Of a stretch of DNA of 64,000 nucleotides, positions 12,811 through 26,104 are shown one piece after another. A model generated the notes under the pieces. It saw nothing but the letters and a program-made list of their open reading frames with translations. It had not been told where the DNA came from and did no database searches. Position 1 is the first letter of the stretch. Every line of letters begins with the position of its first letter. The position numbers and the translations under genes were made by a program. The stretch is from Paraspadella gotoi (taxonomy: Eukaryota > Animalia > Chaetognatha): contig CM119265.1 in the NCBI GenBank assembly GCA_051294375.1, positions 1,298,726 through 1,362,725 on the forward strand, read 5' to 3'.

Positions 12811-13137
12811 CAGATGGAATCAGAACCAAGAATTGAATCGGATCCGCGACTCGGATGAAATCTACCAAGGACTCGCCGATTGGATGAATCATCGTCGGGA
12901 ATCAACCAATGAGAAGACGGGCTTCATGCCATCGGGAAACCGAGCCCATGTCGTTGATCCGATTGTCGACTATAAATAGCTGACCATTTTTGTACTCATT
13001 CATTCTGTCTCAAGTTCTGACACCGTCTTGCTCTTGTTCATATTGTAAATAAATTCCACTTTGGTTTCATGCTGAAATCTCTGTCTACTTACTTAAATGT
13101 GGTGGCAGCGGTGGGATTCGAACCCACGCCTCCGAAG
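12811..13137 (+). mobile_element. Solo-LTR-like unit followed by an extended tRNA-Leu complement (PBS-like)
   Basis: CCAAT/ATTGG motifs, TATAAATA at 12971, AATAAA at 13048, then TGGTGGCAGCGGTGGGATTCGAACCCACGCCTCCGAAG. Homologous to the units at 38310 and 62396. Left boundary approximate. Confidence 0.6.
13100..13137 (-). pseudogene. 3' fragment of tRNA-Leu including CCA
   Basis: Reverse complement CTTCGGAGGCGTGGGTTCGAATCCCACCGCTGCCA-CCA equals the variable arm, T-arm and acceptor end of metazoan tRNA-Leu (AAG/TAG class). The 5' half is missing. Confidence 0.8.
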
Positions 13138-13802
13138 GATAAGGTTAGTGATTGGGTTAATAAAAAGGGGTTAGGCCCACGGGATTAGATTAGTGATCAA
13201 TGTTAAGTGTTAATTGTTTAAGGTTAGTGATTGGGTTAGAAATTAGGATAAAGGGTTAAGGTTTAAGGTCAAGAATCAGGTTAGGGTTAAGGATTGGGTT
13301 AAGGATTGGGTTAAGGATTGGGTTAAGGATTGGGTTATGAATCAGGTTATAAAAAAATTATGTAGCATAAATGGGACGTTTTTCAAAAAGAGAGCCAAAT
13401 TTTATATGGAATTTGAATGATTTCAATTTTAAGGTTTACCAACTCGTTAAGGTTCAATTCAAATATTTGGGGGAATTCAAGTTAAAATTATTTTCTTTGT
13501 GTGCGCGTAATTTATGGAATCTTTCTCACTCTCTCTCCCTCTACATCTCTCTCTCTCTTTCTTTCTTTCTTGCTCTCTCTCTCTAGGATTATTTTTCTCT
13601 CTTTCTCTCTCTATCTTTTTCTCTTTCTCTCTCTCTCTCCCTCTATCTCTCTGTCTTTCTATCTCTCTCTCTCTTCCTTTCTTTATTTTTTTCTCTCTTG
13701 GATTATTTTTCTCTCTTTCTCTCTCTATCTTTCTCTCTTTCTCTCTCACTCACTCTCTCTTTCCTTTTTTCTTTCTTTCTCTCTCAAGGATTATTTTTCA
13801 AC

Positions 13803-13841
<39 letters not shown>

Positions 13842-14014
13842 CCTTTATCTCTCTATCTCTATCTCTCTCTCTTATTCTGACTCTCACTCGCCCAATATTT
13901 GGGGAAAAAACGAAAAAAACTTGTTTTCCAATTTTTCTCTTCGGATTTAAAGAAAACGGAATTTCACATTAAAGTAAAATTCGATTCTTCAAGATAGATT
14001 GAAATCAGAGTGAA

Positions 14015-14123
<109 letters not shown>

Positions 14124-15282
14124 CTAATTCCAAGGGATTGTGACACAAAATTTATTTAGTGTCACTTGTTTTTTTTTTGTTATTTTTTTGTGAAAACTCG
14201 TAGTTTTGGGTAAAAATCGACATTTTTGTGTAAAGTTTTTATGCGGGTTTGTCTTTAAGTTTTTTTGTGTTTTAATTTTCTTTGTAGTTATTGTTATTGT
14301 CGTTGTTGTTATTGTCAATTTAGTTCTTAATTAAATGGCTAAAACTAATGTAAAAAATCCTCCCTCTATTCAATAAATAAGACATCTCACTGCCGACTAT
14401 TGATTAAAATTTCTAAATTTAACTTTAATTAAAATTCTAAAAGTGAGGAACGAACAATATTATACTAATGAACATTTATGTATAAAAAAAGTTTATAATA
14501 AATTTTACAATTTATGCAGTAGGCCATATTTATACTAGTAAATGTTAAAATTTCAAAACAGTTTTTTCTAAGATTTGTTTTGCAGATTTAGATTCGTCAT
14601 AAAAAGTTGATAAAAAGAAATATAACTCTTTTTGAAAAATTCCTTTATTAAGTGGGTCAAAAATTATAAAAAGCTATATTTTAAGCTAAAAATTAACTTT
14701 TTATTTATTAAGAATTATTAAGAAAAGCCTATTTTGAAATTTTTCGATTTTATAAGGATAGTACTATATATAAATAAAGCCTACTGCGAAAATTAAAAAA
14801 CATAAAATTGATTTTTTTTTAAAAAAATAATGTTCACTGATGGTATGTTGTTCATAATTGACTTTTAGAATTTCCGTACGTAACCTTCACTTCGCTCTAT
14901 TATGGATACCGGATCGTCTATGGTGGTTTAATCCCTCCATCACTCTTGTAAGATAATAACAAATCAGGACCATGGAAGATTTCAATCTTTAACCGTAACC
15001 TTTTAAATCTAAAAGATATTAAAATGAAATTGGGCGTTCTGGGAAAATAGGGCCTATTTTTTTCTGAAAAATAGGGGTGACGCTGACCTTAGTTCGTTAA
15101 AGTCAATTTAATTAGTTCAGTGAGAAAAAAAATTGAATGAGAGAAAAAAAGGGGAAGTTTGGAGCTTAAAGGAAATGTGATAAAGTGGAAAGGTAATGTG
15201 AGACATTTGACAATGAGAGCAGTTTTACTATTTTTGGAAAATTTATTAATTAAACTGTGATCTCAAATATCTCAAATTTATA

Positions 15283-15469
15283 GGGAAGCCAGGTATTCTG
15301 GGAGTGAATAAACGAGTCTGTGAGAGAGTTTTGAATGAATGCTTGGAGGGACCTGCTATTTCATTATCTTGCAAGAGTGATGGAGGCCTTAAACCACCAA
15401 AGCCTGTCCAAAGTCTGAGGAAAGATAGCTTAATTGAAAATTTTCATATTGGTTGTACCAATTTTATAT
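15283..15469 (+). repeat. Dispersed repeat family R1
   Basis: GGGAAGCCAGGTATTCTGGGAGTGAATAAACGAG...GATGGAGGCCTTAAACCACCAAAGCCTGTCCAAAGTC...ATATTGGTTGTACCAATTT; matches 61090-61285 in reverse. Confidence 0.8.
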
Positions 15470-16654
15470 AACAAGATAAAACAAATATTTATTAATTCGC
15501 GGAAATTTTTTTTTTTTACTTTTTTGTATGAATGAAAAATTTAACGGAATTTGTTAAATTTATTTTCAGCAAAGAAGGTCCAATTATGTATAAATTTGTT
15601 TTATTCTTATTCTATTATTTGGTCATCTCAAAAAATTTCTAAAAATCCACAACAAATAATATGAGATAAATGATGAGAAAAAAATAATAAACAAAAAACA
15701 AAATAAAGGAATGAATAAAAGAAGATGACAGAGAGAAAGAGAGAGAGATAAAACGAGAATAACAGAAACAGAAATTTGTCAAGCGGAAGCAACAAAAGGG
15801 AAGAGGTCATCATGAACCTCATCGTCGTCGTCGTCGTCGTTGTCATCGACGTTGTTGCCGTCATCAAATTATAAAATGTTATTTTAATGTTGTTAACATT
15901 GAAACGCAGGAAACTTGCTAAAATATGAATGTGAATGTCTGACCAATGCTTACATGAATTACCTTAAGATAAAAGCTTTTAAATTAATATTTTAAATTTT
16001 AAATTAATATTTTTAAATCCTTTTTTAGTAAAAACAAATCTGTTGCGTTTATGTGTTAAAGTTAAAAACTTTTTTTCTCTCTGTTTGTCACGAGCGACGA
16101 TTTTCAGTTTTTTATTAAAATTTTGGAAAAAATTTTTAATAAAAAAAAATAAAAAAATAATAATAAGCAAATTAGTCTGAAAAAGAATAACTTTTTTATG
16201 TCATTTTAAACTTTGAAGGGTTTTTTTTAGTGCTTGATCCGAAACGAAATCAATTACGATTCAATGAAATAAAATGAAATTTTAAAAAAGTAATTTTTTT
16301 ATAAAATTAAATTCAAATCTCGAAAAAGGAATATTCTTTGCGAATAAAAAATGTCTCCGAGTTAATGTTTCGATAACGGAGAACATTCTGAGACAGAAAG
16401 GTCGCGGGTTCGAGGCCTCAACAAGTAAAACCTTTGGAGAAATCGAGTGTAAAAACGAGTTTGATTTATAAAATGTTAAAATTTGAATTCTATGGAGTTA
16501 ATATAATCAATATAAACAAGAAAGAAGAATGATTGAAAAGAAAGGTCTTGCTTAATGAAATCGGAAATGAATTTTATTATTTCATCGTTGCGTTTATGTA
16601 AGGGTAATAAAAAAAATAGAACATACAAATTTCTATAAAAAAAGCATTTGTAAA

Positions 16655-16780
16655 TCCCTTATTGATTAAGGCCTCCATCTCTCTAATCTCTAATCTCTAA
16701 TCCCTTATGGATTAGGGCCTCCATCTCTCTAATCTCTAATCTCTAATCCCTTATGGATTAAGGTCTCCATCTCTCTAATA
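16655..16780. repeat. Tandem repeat of about 42 bp (about 3 units)
   Basis: ATCCCTTATGGATTAAGGCCTCCATCTCTCTAATCTCTAATCTCTA repeated. The core TTAAGGCCTCCATC is shared with family R1. Confidence 0.75.
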
Positions 16781-17006
16781 TAAAAACATAGCCTTTTGTC
16801 ATAGTTCATTGGTGTGCAGAGCGCAAATCGTTTCTAGTATATTTTTTTTTTTTTTTTTTTTGCACTCGCAAAAACGATTGTCGCTTCTTAGAAAAAAAAA
16901 ATCTACTTTCAAAACTTGCGAAAAGAAAACCAGCAATTTCCTGCTTCTAATTTTTTCAAATGAGAAGTCTCTCTCTCTCTCTTCTTCTGCTCTCTCTCTC
17001 TTCTCT

Positions 17007-17039
<33 letters not shown>

Positions 17040-17172
17040 GATTCAGCGTACTTCGTTATCTCGTACCATCGTTTAATCAATTTATCATTTTATAACAATT
17101 TATCATTCAATCTTTTGTTCACTCTCCCGCTTTGTTTCTCTCTCTCTCCTGTTCCTCTCTCTCTCTCTCTCT

Positions 17173-17214
<42 letters not shown>

Positions 17215-17363
17215 TATCACCTTTCACCCTACTCTCCATTTATTCTTACTTTTCTCTCACCCCTCCTCTTTTTTTCTTTCTCTGCCTCCTCCTCCTCCTC
17301 CTCCTCATCTTTTCAATCACTAAAGACTCTCTTCCACCCTCCCTCCCTCCCTCCACCCTCCAG

Positions 17364-17491
17364 TTCCTCGTCCCCCAAGCCCACCCCCTTTCCTGTCACC
17401 CCTTGTGATAAACAATATCACTTGAGCTTCGATCCTCGCGTCTCAGTCGTTTTCTTCGGTGTCATTTTCCCGATTCTCATTCTGCTCACAG
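17364..17491 (+). CDS. GPCR exon: N-terminus and start of TM1
   Basis: Reads SSSPKPTPFPVTPCDKQYHLSFDPRVSVVFFGVIFPILILLT, with donor GTAAT at 17492 (phase 1). The 5' boundary is uncertain because the frame is also open upstream in CT-rich sequence. Confidence 0.75.
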
Positions 17492-20487
17492 GTAATGATG
17501 AGACTCTGATTCTTTTTGTTTAGCACCTCAATCTCATTTGCATATTGTAGTAAATTAAATTAATTTTCTCGTTGTATGATTCGCTTTTCCAAAAGGTTTT
17601 CTCTTAATAATTTATGAATAGTCTTAATTTTTGTTTAATTTTTTTCAATATTTTGTCAAATCATTCTTTTGTTTAGCCTCTTTTAATGTTTATACAGTTC
17701 ATTCTGGCTCATTTGACTTATTGAATGGGATTTTCAGCACAAATTTTCAAGTTGTTGTTGTTATTCTTTTAATATTCTCTTTTTTTGTTTTGTTTTTCTT
17801 TTTGTTCTTGCTATCAGTTTAATTTTTACTTGTTAGTCATTTTCTGGTCCTTTTATACCGTTACTGTCTTTTGTTAAGGATTGTTAATATAGTTCTTATT
17901 TATAAAAGTTTTTTTTTCTTCTTCCTCTAATTTTTTTTTCTCTTTTGTTCATCTCCCATTTTTGTCTTTTATGCTGCTCATTTTTAGTCGAATCTGCTTA
18001 TCAGCAAATCCCGACTCTATAAATCACCTTGTCGGTCCGTCGGTCCCCCCATAAATCTTGTCGGGCACTCACTTAAATCATGTCAGAACATCGAATTAAG
18101 ATAAATTATGCAAAAAAAATAATGTCCGTCCATTAAAAATTGAAGCAAGTTGAAAAAAATTTGCAAGTTAAAATATGATGCCAGTTTAAAAAATGATGGA
18201 AATTTCAAAAAATAATGAAAATTTTAAAAATTATTCAAATTGAAAAATGATGCCAATTGAAAAAATGATGCAAATTTAAACAATGATGCAAGTTAACAAG
18301 TGTTGCAAGTTAAAAAAATGATGCGAGTTACAAAATGATGCAAGTTAAAAAATTATTCAAGATAAAAAAATGATGCAAGTTGAAAAAATGATGTGAGTTG
18401 CAAAAATTATGCAAGTTGAAAAAATGATGCGAGTTGAAAAAATGACGCGAGTAGAAAAAATGATGTAAGTTGAAAAAATGACGCAAGTTGTGAAGTTAAA
18501 AAAAAATACTAATCAAATAAATTATTTGTACCATAGTAACAGTTCAAGCGATTTACATGTATTGGCGCAGCTACTGGTTTGGTATGGTACGATCTGTTAT
18601 GATCAGTCAGGATCACAAATTGAAAGAATTATCGTGATTTATCATCTGATTCGCCTCCGACTACTTAATTATCGAAGGCAGATCCGACATTGTTTGCACA
18701 AACTTGTTTTAACCTTGAACGACTTCATCCATTTTTGGGTCTTTTTTACAAAAATAGACATTAACCTTTGAACTTATTTTTTCTCTTCCTTCTCTCTCCC
18801 TCATTTTCTTTCCCCTCCCTCCCTTCTTGACTCCTCTTCCTCCTTTCCTCCCACATCTCCCTCTCTCTCTCTCTCTCTCTGAGAACTCTGGATTCTTTTT
18901 GTTTAGCACCTTCAATCTTCATTTCATATTTGTAGTAAATTAAATTAATTTTCTCGTTGTATGATTCGCTTTTCCAAAAGGTTTTCTCTAATAATTTTAT
19001 GAATAGTCTTAATTTTTGTTTAATTTTTTTCATATTTTGTCAAATCATTCTTTTGTTTAGCCTCTTTTAATGTTTATACAGTTCATTCTGGCTCATTTGA
19101 CTTATTGAATGGGATTTTCAGCACAAATTTTCAAGTTGTTGTTGTTATTCTTTTAATATTCTCTTTTTTTTGTTTTGTTTTTCTTTTTGTTCTTGCTATC
19201 AGTTTAATTTTTACTTGTTAGTCATTTTCTGGTCCTTTTATACCGTTACTGTCTTTTGTTAAGGATTGTTAATATAGTTCTTATTTATAAAAGTTTTTTT
19301 TTTCTTCTTCCTCTAATTTTTTTTCTCTTTTGTTCATCTCCATTTTTGTCTTTTATGCTGCTCATTTTTAGTCGAAATCTGCTTATCAGCAAATCCCGAC
19401 TCTATAAATCACCTTGTCGGTCCGTCGGTCCCCCCATAAATCTTGTCGGGACTCACTTAAATCATGTCAGAACATCGAATTAAGATAAATTATGCCAAAA
19501 AAAATAATGTCCGTCCATTAAAAATTGAAGCAAGTTGAAAAAAATTTGCAAGTTAAAATATGATGCCAGTTTAAAAATGATGGAATTTCAAAAAATAATG
19601 AAAATTTTAAAAATTATTCAAATTGAAAAATGATGCCAATTGAAAAAATGATGCAAATTTAAACAATGATGCAAGTTAACAAGTGTTGCAAGTTAAAAAA
19701 ATGATGCGAGTTACAAAATGATGCAAGTTAAAAAATTATTCAAGATAAAAAATGATGCAAGTTGAAAAAATGATTGTGAGTTGCAAAAATTATGCAAGTT
19801 GAAAAATGATGCGAGTTGAAAAAATGACGCGAGTAGAAAAAATGATGTAAGTTGAAAAAATGACGCAAGTTGTGAAGTTAAAAAAAAAAATACTAATCAA
19901 ATAAATTATTTGTACCATAGTAACAGTTCAAGCGATTTACATGTATTGGCGCAGCTACTGTGTTTGGTATGGTACGTTCTGTTATTGTATCAGTCAGGAT
20001 CACAAAATTGAAAGAATTATCGTGATTTATCATCTGATTCGCCTCCGACTACTTAATTATCGAAGGCAGATCCGACATTGTTTGCACAAACTTGTTTTAA
20101 CCTTGAACGACTTCATCCATTTTGGGTCTTTTTAACAAAATAGCCATTAACTTTGAACTTATTTTTTCTCTTCCTTCTCTCTCCCTCATTTTTCTTTCCC
20201 CTCCCTCCTTCTTGACTCTCTTCCTCCTTTCTCCCACATCTCCCTCTCTCTCTCTCTCTCGTCTTCTCCCTTTCCTCCCTACTCTTTCCTCTCTTCCTCG
20301 CCCTCTCCCTCCTCCTCCCTCTCCCTCTCTTCCTCCCTCCCTCCCTCAGTTTTCTTCAACGGACTCATTCTCGTGATCTTAGTGAAAAAGTCGATGCGGT
20401 CACCGCACTCACACGTTGCTTGCTGCGCATCGCCATATCGGACACCCTGATGGGTAAGCATTAAGCAAGCGGTCATTGGTGAGAGAA

Positions 20488-20526
<39 letters not shown>

Positions 20527-20669
20527 AGAGAGAAGAGGGAGAGAGAGAGAGGGAGAGAGAGAGAACAAAATTTTACTTTGTAAGTTTATATAGTTAGTAT
20601 TTATACTTCAAAGTAGTAAGTGTTTCCAAGGAGTTAAGCCAATGTATTATTTCTCTTCTCTCTCTCTCT

Positions 20670-20746
<77 letters not shown>

Positions 20747-23700
20747 TCCTCCATAAAATTGCCCCAAACTTCTAAAGACTGTATAGTCAACTTAGAATTC
20801 TTCTTCGCGACCAACAGAAGTCGAACTCATGGAAAAGATTTGAGGGTGAAATTGTATTTATATACAATCGGTAAACGAGAGTTTTAGCGACTCTAATTTA
20901 TCTCCTTTTTAGAGATTTGACTTATGAAATAAAATGCTTGTAACGCAAAGTTCGAAAACTCAAGTTTGCTTCAGGGACGCATTCTTATGATTTGTCGACG
21001 ACCTGTTTCGACTCGTGGTATATCGAGTTTCGGTCTAAACATTGTCGTACGAAAAAGTAGGAATAATTGACAGAACTTTGTTTTTCTACTTTCTTAAATC
21101 TCAACTTCAAACGAAACTGAAAGAGATTATATACAATGCAGAAAAAAATGTAATTTATATTTTTTTTTTTTTAACTAGAATTTTAAAGTAACAACCTCTC
21201 TCCCACGGAGCTCTGAATATCGAAGAGGGGTTTTTCGTGAATGGCAAAATCATGTAAAAAAATATTTCGGCATAATATTCTTTCTTCAGTCAGTCGAATT
21301 ATTTCATCAACCTCACACAAACATGTTATCACTATTGTCATTTACTATTCTTTATGATCACCTCACGTATTTTCTCTTCTTATTCTCTCCTTATCTCTCT
21401 CTATTTCTTTCAATTTATGAAAATTCACAACTCCTCTTGACATTTTCTATTTCTATGAACAACCCAAATTACAATTCTAACTCTCTACCTCGCCAGTTCC
21501 GCCAGCCTGCACAAAACCACCCCTCCACATACTAAGTCGTTTCAGACTCGGCCTCCTCATCTCCGGTTTTTCCCCATTTAATTTTTCTTTGTCTTTAAAT
21601 AATTACGGAATTTTTAAAAATGCCTGTGATGCCGACTCAAGAAACCAATGATTTTTATCGTCTCATTATTAGAATCCGCATCATCACGCATTGTCTGGAA
21701 AGTGAATGCGTCTTTTCCGTCACTGATGTTTTTATTCTTTCCTTATATAATAAAAATATTTTGTGTCGTATATAATATAGTAATATTATTTCTCTTCAAC
21801 GAAATGTACCAGTTTATTAATTACTGCCTCATTATTTATACTTTTCTGTTATCCTGAAGAGTATTTTATTATACTCTTATCTTTACTCTATTAAAAACAC
21901 CAGTAGCTAAGTTTTCTTTTGTTTTATTAGTCGTCTAATATTACTCTTGAAAAAAATATCTTTTGGTATTGGGGCGGTGGCCTTAACGCGGAAGTTAAGG
22001 TTTTAAACATATAAGATGTTTTATCGTTCTAATTTTTAATAAAAATTGATTTTAAAATGCAACCAAACAGGTAACCAATTCTTTTCTCTGAGTTATATTT
22101 TGATTATATATCTTATTATTTCCGAAGAGTGATTTTTCGGGACTACAGATAATTTATTAATTATCTTTGGTTTACGACAATGGGACAATGAGGTCATTGA
22201 TGTTCAAAGCTTTGTCCTTTTCTATCTTTTTCAATTCTTCATTCTCGAGGGAATTTCAAAGAGATAGGTTATCTTTTTATCAACTTCTAGGGTTGGAATA
22301 AATTACTTGTCAAATTTAATCTGCGGGGCTATATCAGGTTCTCACTCAGAGTGGATTTCCGTTATTGATATTTACATTACAGGGGTTTTAACTCAATTTT
22401 GGATAAAAAATGTTACTTGTCAAAGGCTCAAGTAGCGCAAACCTTCCGCCTTTCTAATACAATTTTTTAACTGTTATTCAAGCTAGGAGGAGAGAGTCTT
22501 TAAGTTAAATTATATATTCCGGTAAGGCGTTTTAGTTTATATTATTTTAAAAATAAGATAAATACCACGCATTATACCACAAAACTGAGAAATGTTTATT
22601 TTTACGGGTGAGTATTTTATTACGTTTTTTGAAAACAGAGATAATATAACTCAAGTCTTTTAATGGGTGGCCCATAATTTATCATAACTATACCCTATAC
22701 TATTAAACCGCACTGATATGGGTAAAAATAAACCGGAAAAGATTAAGAAATGATAAAATTATGATATTAATAGGAATTTTTAAGCGAGAATATTGCGTAT
22801 GTTAAAATAAAAGTATATAGTTACAACTTATTACTTTAACTGAGGGTTGGGATATAGCCATTACCCACATAATAACATTTTTAAATTTTATACCCCTTAT
22901 GAAATCACGGTACAATCCCAATATGACTTAAAAATTCACACTCCATAGCGAGCTTAACACGTTATATAAGGAACGGCTGATGGCTTCCCTGACCGTTCCT
23001 CCGACTTTGGACATATCATATACATTGGGTTGGACTTGGGAGTATTAACTTTAGACAAGTCTATTAGTAGGGAAAAAAATTAGAGGGATCAATTTGTTAA
23101 CTCAGGACCATTGATCACACAATATACTATTTCCATATGCATATAAGGATCAAGGTTAGCGAATTTTATATAGCCTGTTGGTGAGTTTTATGTCCAGATT
23201 GCTCATTTGTAGGGCGCTTTTGATATGTCTTATGTTATGTCTGAACCGAGGGACACGACTTGTCCTCTAACCTTTACGATTACATTGTTAGGTTATTCCA
23301 TTCCCTCTTATTAGCTACTTCTTTGTTTCACACATATGTTCTACATCTCGGGATCCTCACATCTGTTTACCAAATTACGGTAAATAATAATAAAAAAATA
23401 CTTGGCACAGAAAGTAGTCGTTTTCTCTAAGATACCGTCAATATAGTTTGCAATGGGAAAGAAGGTTCGCCGCCAGTGGGCCAGGCTCTTCGACGTTTCA
23501 TCGTAACTTTCTGTAAGACCTGTCTGCACTAATCCAGGACCTGATTATTGTCTTCAGATGACATCTTCGTCATGCCTGTTTAAAATGCTCAGAAAACGAA
23601 GGGAAAAATAAACTAATGACATATTGAAAACTCAACTTTTAAAATATAATTTAATATTATTCTAACTTCGTATTTTGAAAACAGCACATATAAGTGTTTA

Positions 23701-25823
23701 ACTTGTTTTAAACTGCCAATTCTAAAAAAAAATAATAATTAATTAAAAAAAGTGCGCTACATGTGATTAAAATGTTATTTCACTATATTTCATTTGGAAA
23801 CCTTTCTCTCTCTCTCTCTATTCTTTCTCTACTCTCTCTCTCTCTCTCTCTCTCATTTCTCTCTCTCTCAATCTCTCTCTCTTCTCTCTTTTCACAACAT
23901 CAAATAAATTATTTTGGCGCTGATGAAAAGGCGAGGCATATCTAGGAACGATGTATTACATTTTTCTCATTGAAAATAATTAGGAGAAAAACAATTTGAT
24001 GTATTTGTTGCAACGTATTGTATTAGTTAGTTTTACAGGCAGACAATGTTTCGACTCTGCAGTTTTGGAGTCCAAACGAGGTGAAGGGCTGGTGGAAACG
24101 TCTCAGGAAGTCATGGAGGCAACGGCATGCGCGCACGAACGAGAGACGCGGTGGGGTTTTAGTGTATATGTTGGAAAACATGCTGGGAAGCCCAAATGGC
24201 AGTTGACCACATTTAATTCTTGTTTTTCCTTTTTGGAGTGCTTACTTCTAATGCATTAGTTGTGTATAGGTTGGGCAAGGCAGCACCCGGCGCATTAGGA
24301 GTAGACATTGGAGATATTTTCGTTGCCCTCATTGATTGCATCAGGGAGATGCAGAGTTATGCCTGGGTGGCATCGCTTGGAACAGGGATAAAGGCAATCG
24401 AGGAACGCGCCCGCGCGTCAGACGCTGGCGAGCTCAGAGCAAGGCCGGTCAACAGCGCAGAGATGATGACAGGGAGGAGATGCGCCGTCGTTACATCGAA
24501 TTGGTCAGTCGCTGGGTTCAGAGATTTAACATTGCGGTGTAAGCCTCCGAGAGAGGGCATAACACCTCCAGCGAAACAGGTGAAAAAAGCGCATGATCGT
24601 GCCCAATCGAAAACAAGACTTCGGCGATCTGGGAATAAGACCGCGAGGTCGTCGAGCTGGAATTCCTTGAAGATCAATTATATTGAGGCAAGGGCAGACG
24701 GGTTAGAGATTGCAGGATCGCGGAGAACGCGAAAGGCTAAACAGATGTGAGAGAGGAGAAGCGATGCGCGAGGGGAGGTGCTGAGTTAAGAGGGATGCGT
24801 AAAGACGAAATGGATACGACTCTAAACTGCATAGTCGAACATGTCTGGTGTAAACTACTAAAGTACAGATTAGGGTTGCCAGAAAAACTAATCAAAATTG
24901 TTTTTCTTGTCCTAATTAACTTAAGAAAACAACGAAAACAAATCTTTACACAAGGTCCTATCCTGTGAAAAATAAAAACAAATTCGTTGTCTGTCACGAC
25001 AAAATAACATAATTTTAGCTTTAATTCAAAAATGTGGCATAAAACCACATACAAATGAATGTACGTTAACTTAATTAACGGCTTTAAAAGGCCATGATAT
25101 TTACGACATTTAATCTACAAAAACCTCACCATATTTCATAACTCACCGAAAATAAGCTTGGAAATTAAATAGATGTTAAGACATATTACAGGATGACTAA
25201 GTCGCGTTTGTATATTATGGAGGAATTCATTAGATTTTGGGAACGTTATCTATTTGTAACACCCTTCTTCTTACAGTGTTCAATAATCAGTGCCTCCAAT
25301 ACAATGCATCTCTTTACTTCCTAAATAAAGTCATCTACGACCATTTTGTTATTGTTGTATTTAAAATTCATTTTCGTCATACATTTGAACACAAATATTT
25401 GACGTATAAAACCTCACTCCAGCGCTTAATGGCCACGATCAAGTCTTTCATATTTCACCCCCCATAATCATGAGATATTCTTTTAAGATCTAAATATGAC
25501 GAGCTTAGGAAAATCAGCCAGCCTATGTTCTCTAGCAGTTGGATAGTGTACAACTCATTCATATTANNNNNNNNNNNNNNNNNNNNNNNNNGCAATCTCT
25601 TCTCCCTTGTCCTCCCTATCTCTTTCCTCTCTTCCTCGCCCTTCTCCTCCCTCCTCCCTCTCCTCTCTTCCTCCCTCTCCCTCAGTTTTCTTACAACGGA
25701 CTCATTCTCGTGATCTTAGTGAAAAAGTCGATGCGGTCACCGACTCACACGTTGCTTGCTGGCATCGCCATATCGGACACCCTGATGGGTAAGCATTAAG
25801 CAAGCGGTCATTGGTGGAGAGAA

Positions 25824-25916
<93 letters not shown>

Positions 25917-26000
25917 CAATTTTACTTGTGTAAGTTTATATAGTTAGTATTTATACTTCAAAGTAGTAAGTGTTTTCCAAGGAGTTAAGCCAATGTATTA

Positions 26001-26031
<31 letters not shown>

Positions 26032-26054
26032 TCTCTCTCTCTCTTCTCTCTCTC

Positions 26055-26104
<50 letters not shown>

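Larger units (their letters stand above)
12743..13396. mobile_element. MITE-like element with telomere-like core, interrupted by an LTR-like insertion
   Basis: Left end GGCCTTATTTTCATAAAACTGCCC, right end GGGACGTTTTTCAAAAAGAGAGCC, and GGGTTAAGGATT repeats at 13140-13350. Confidence 0.4.
17500..20260. repeat. Tandem duplication of about 1.38 kb (17500-18880 and 18881-20260)
   Basis: Near-identical copies that differ mainly by single-base indels. Likely assembly redundancy. Confidence 0.85.

Noticed and set aside
13100-13137. Functional tRNA genes at 13100, 38612 and 55745
   Set aside because: The 5' portions are missing and CCA is encoded, so these are reverse-transcribed fragments.
16385-16425. 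tRNA-like B-box GGTCGCGGGTTCGAGGCC
   Set aside because: No A-box or cloverleaf and no second copy in the window; too short to call.
18140-18500. CRISPR-like array (also 44190-44415 and 45058-45390)
   Set aside because: Head-to-tail minisatellites with no unique spacers, no cas genes and a eukaryotic context.
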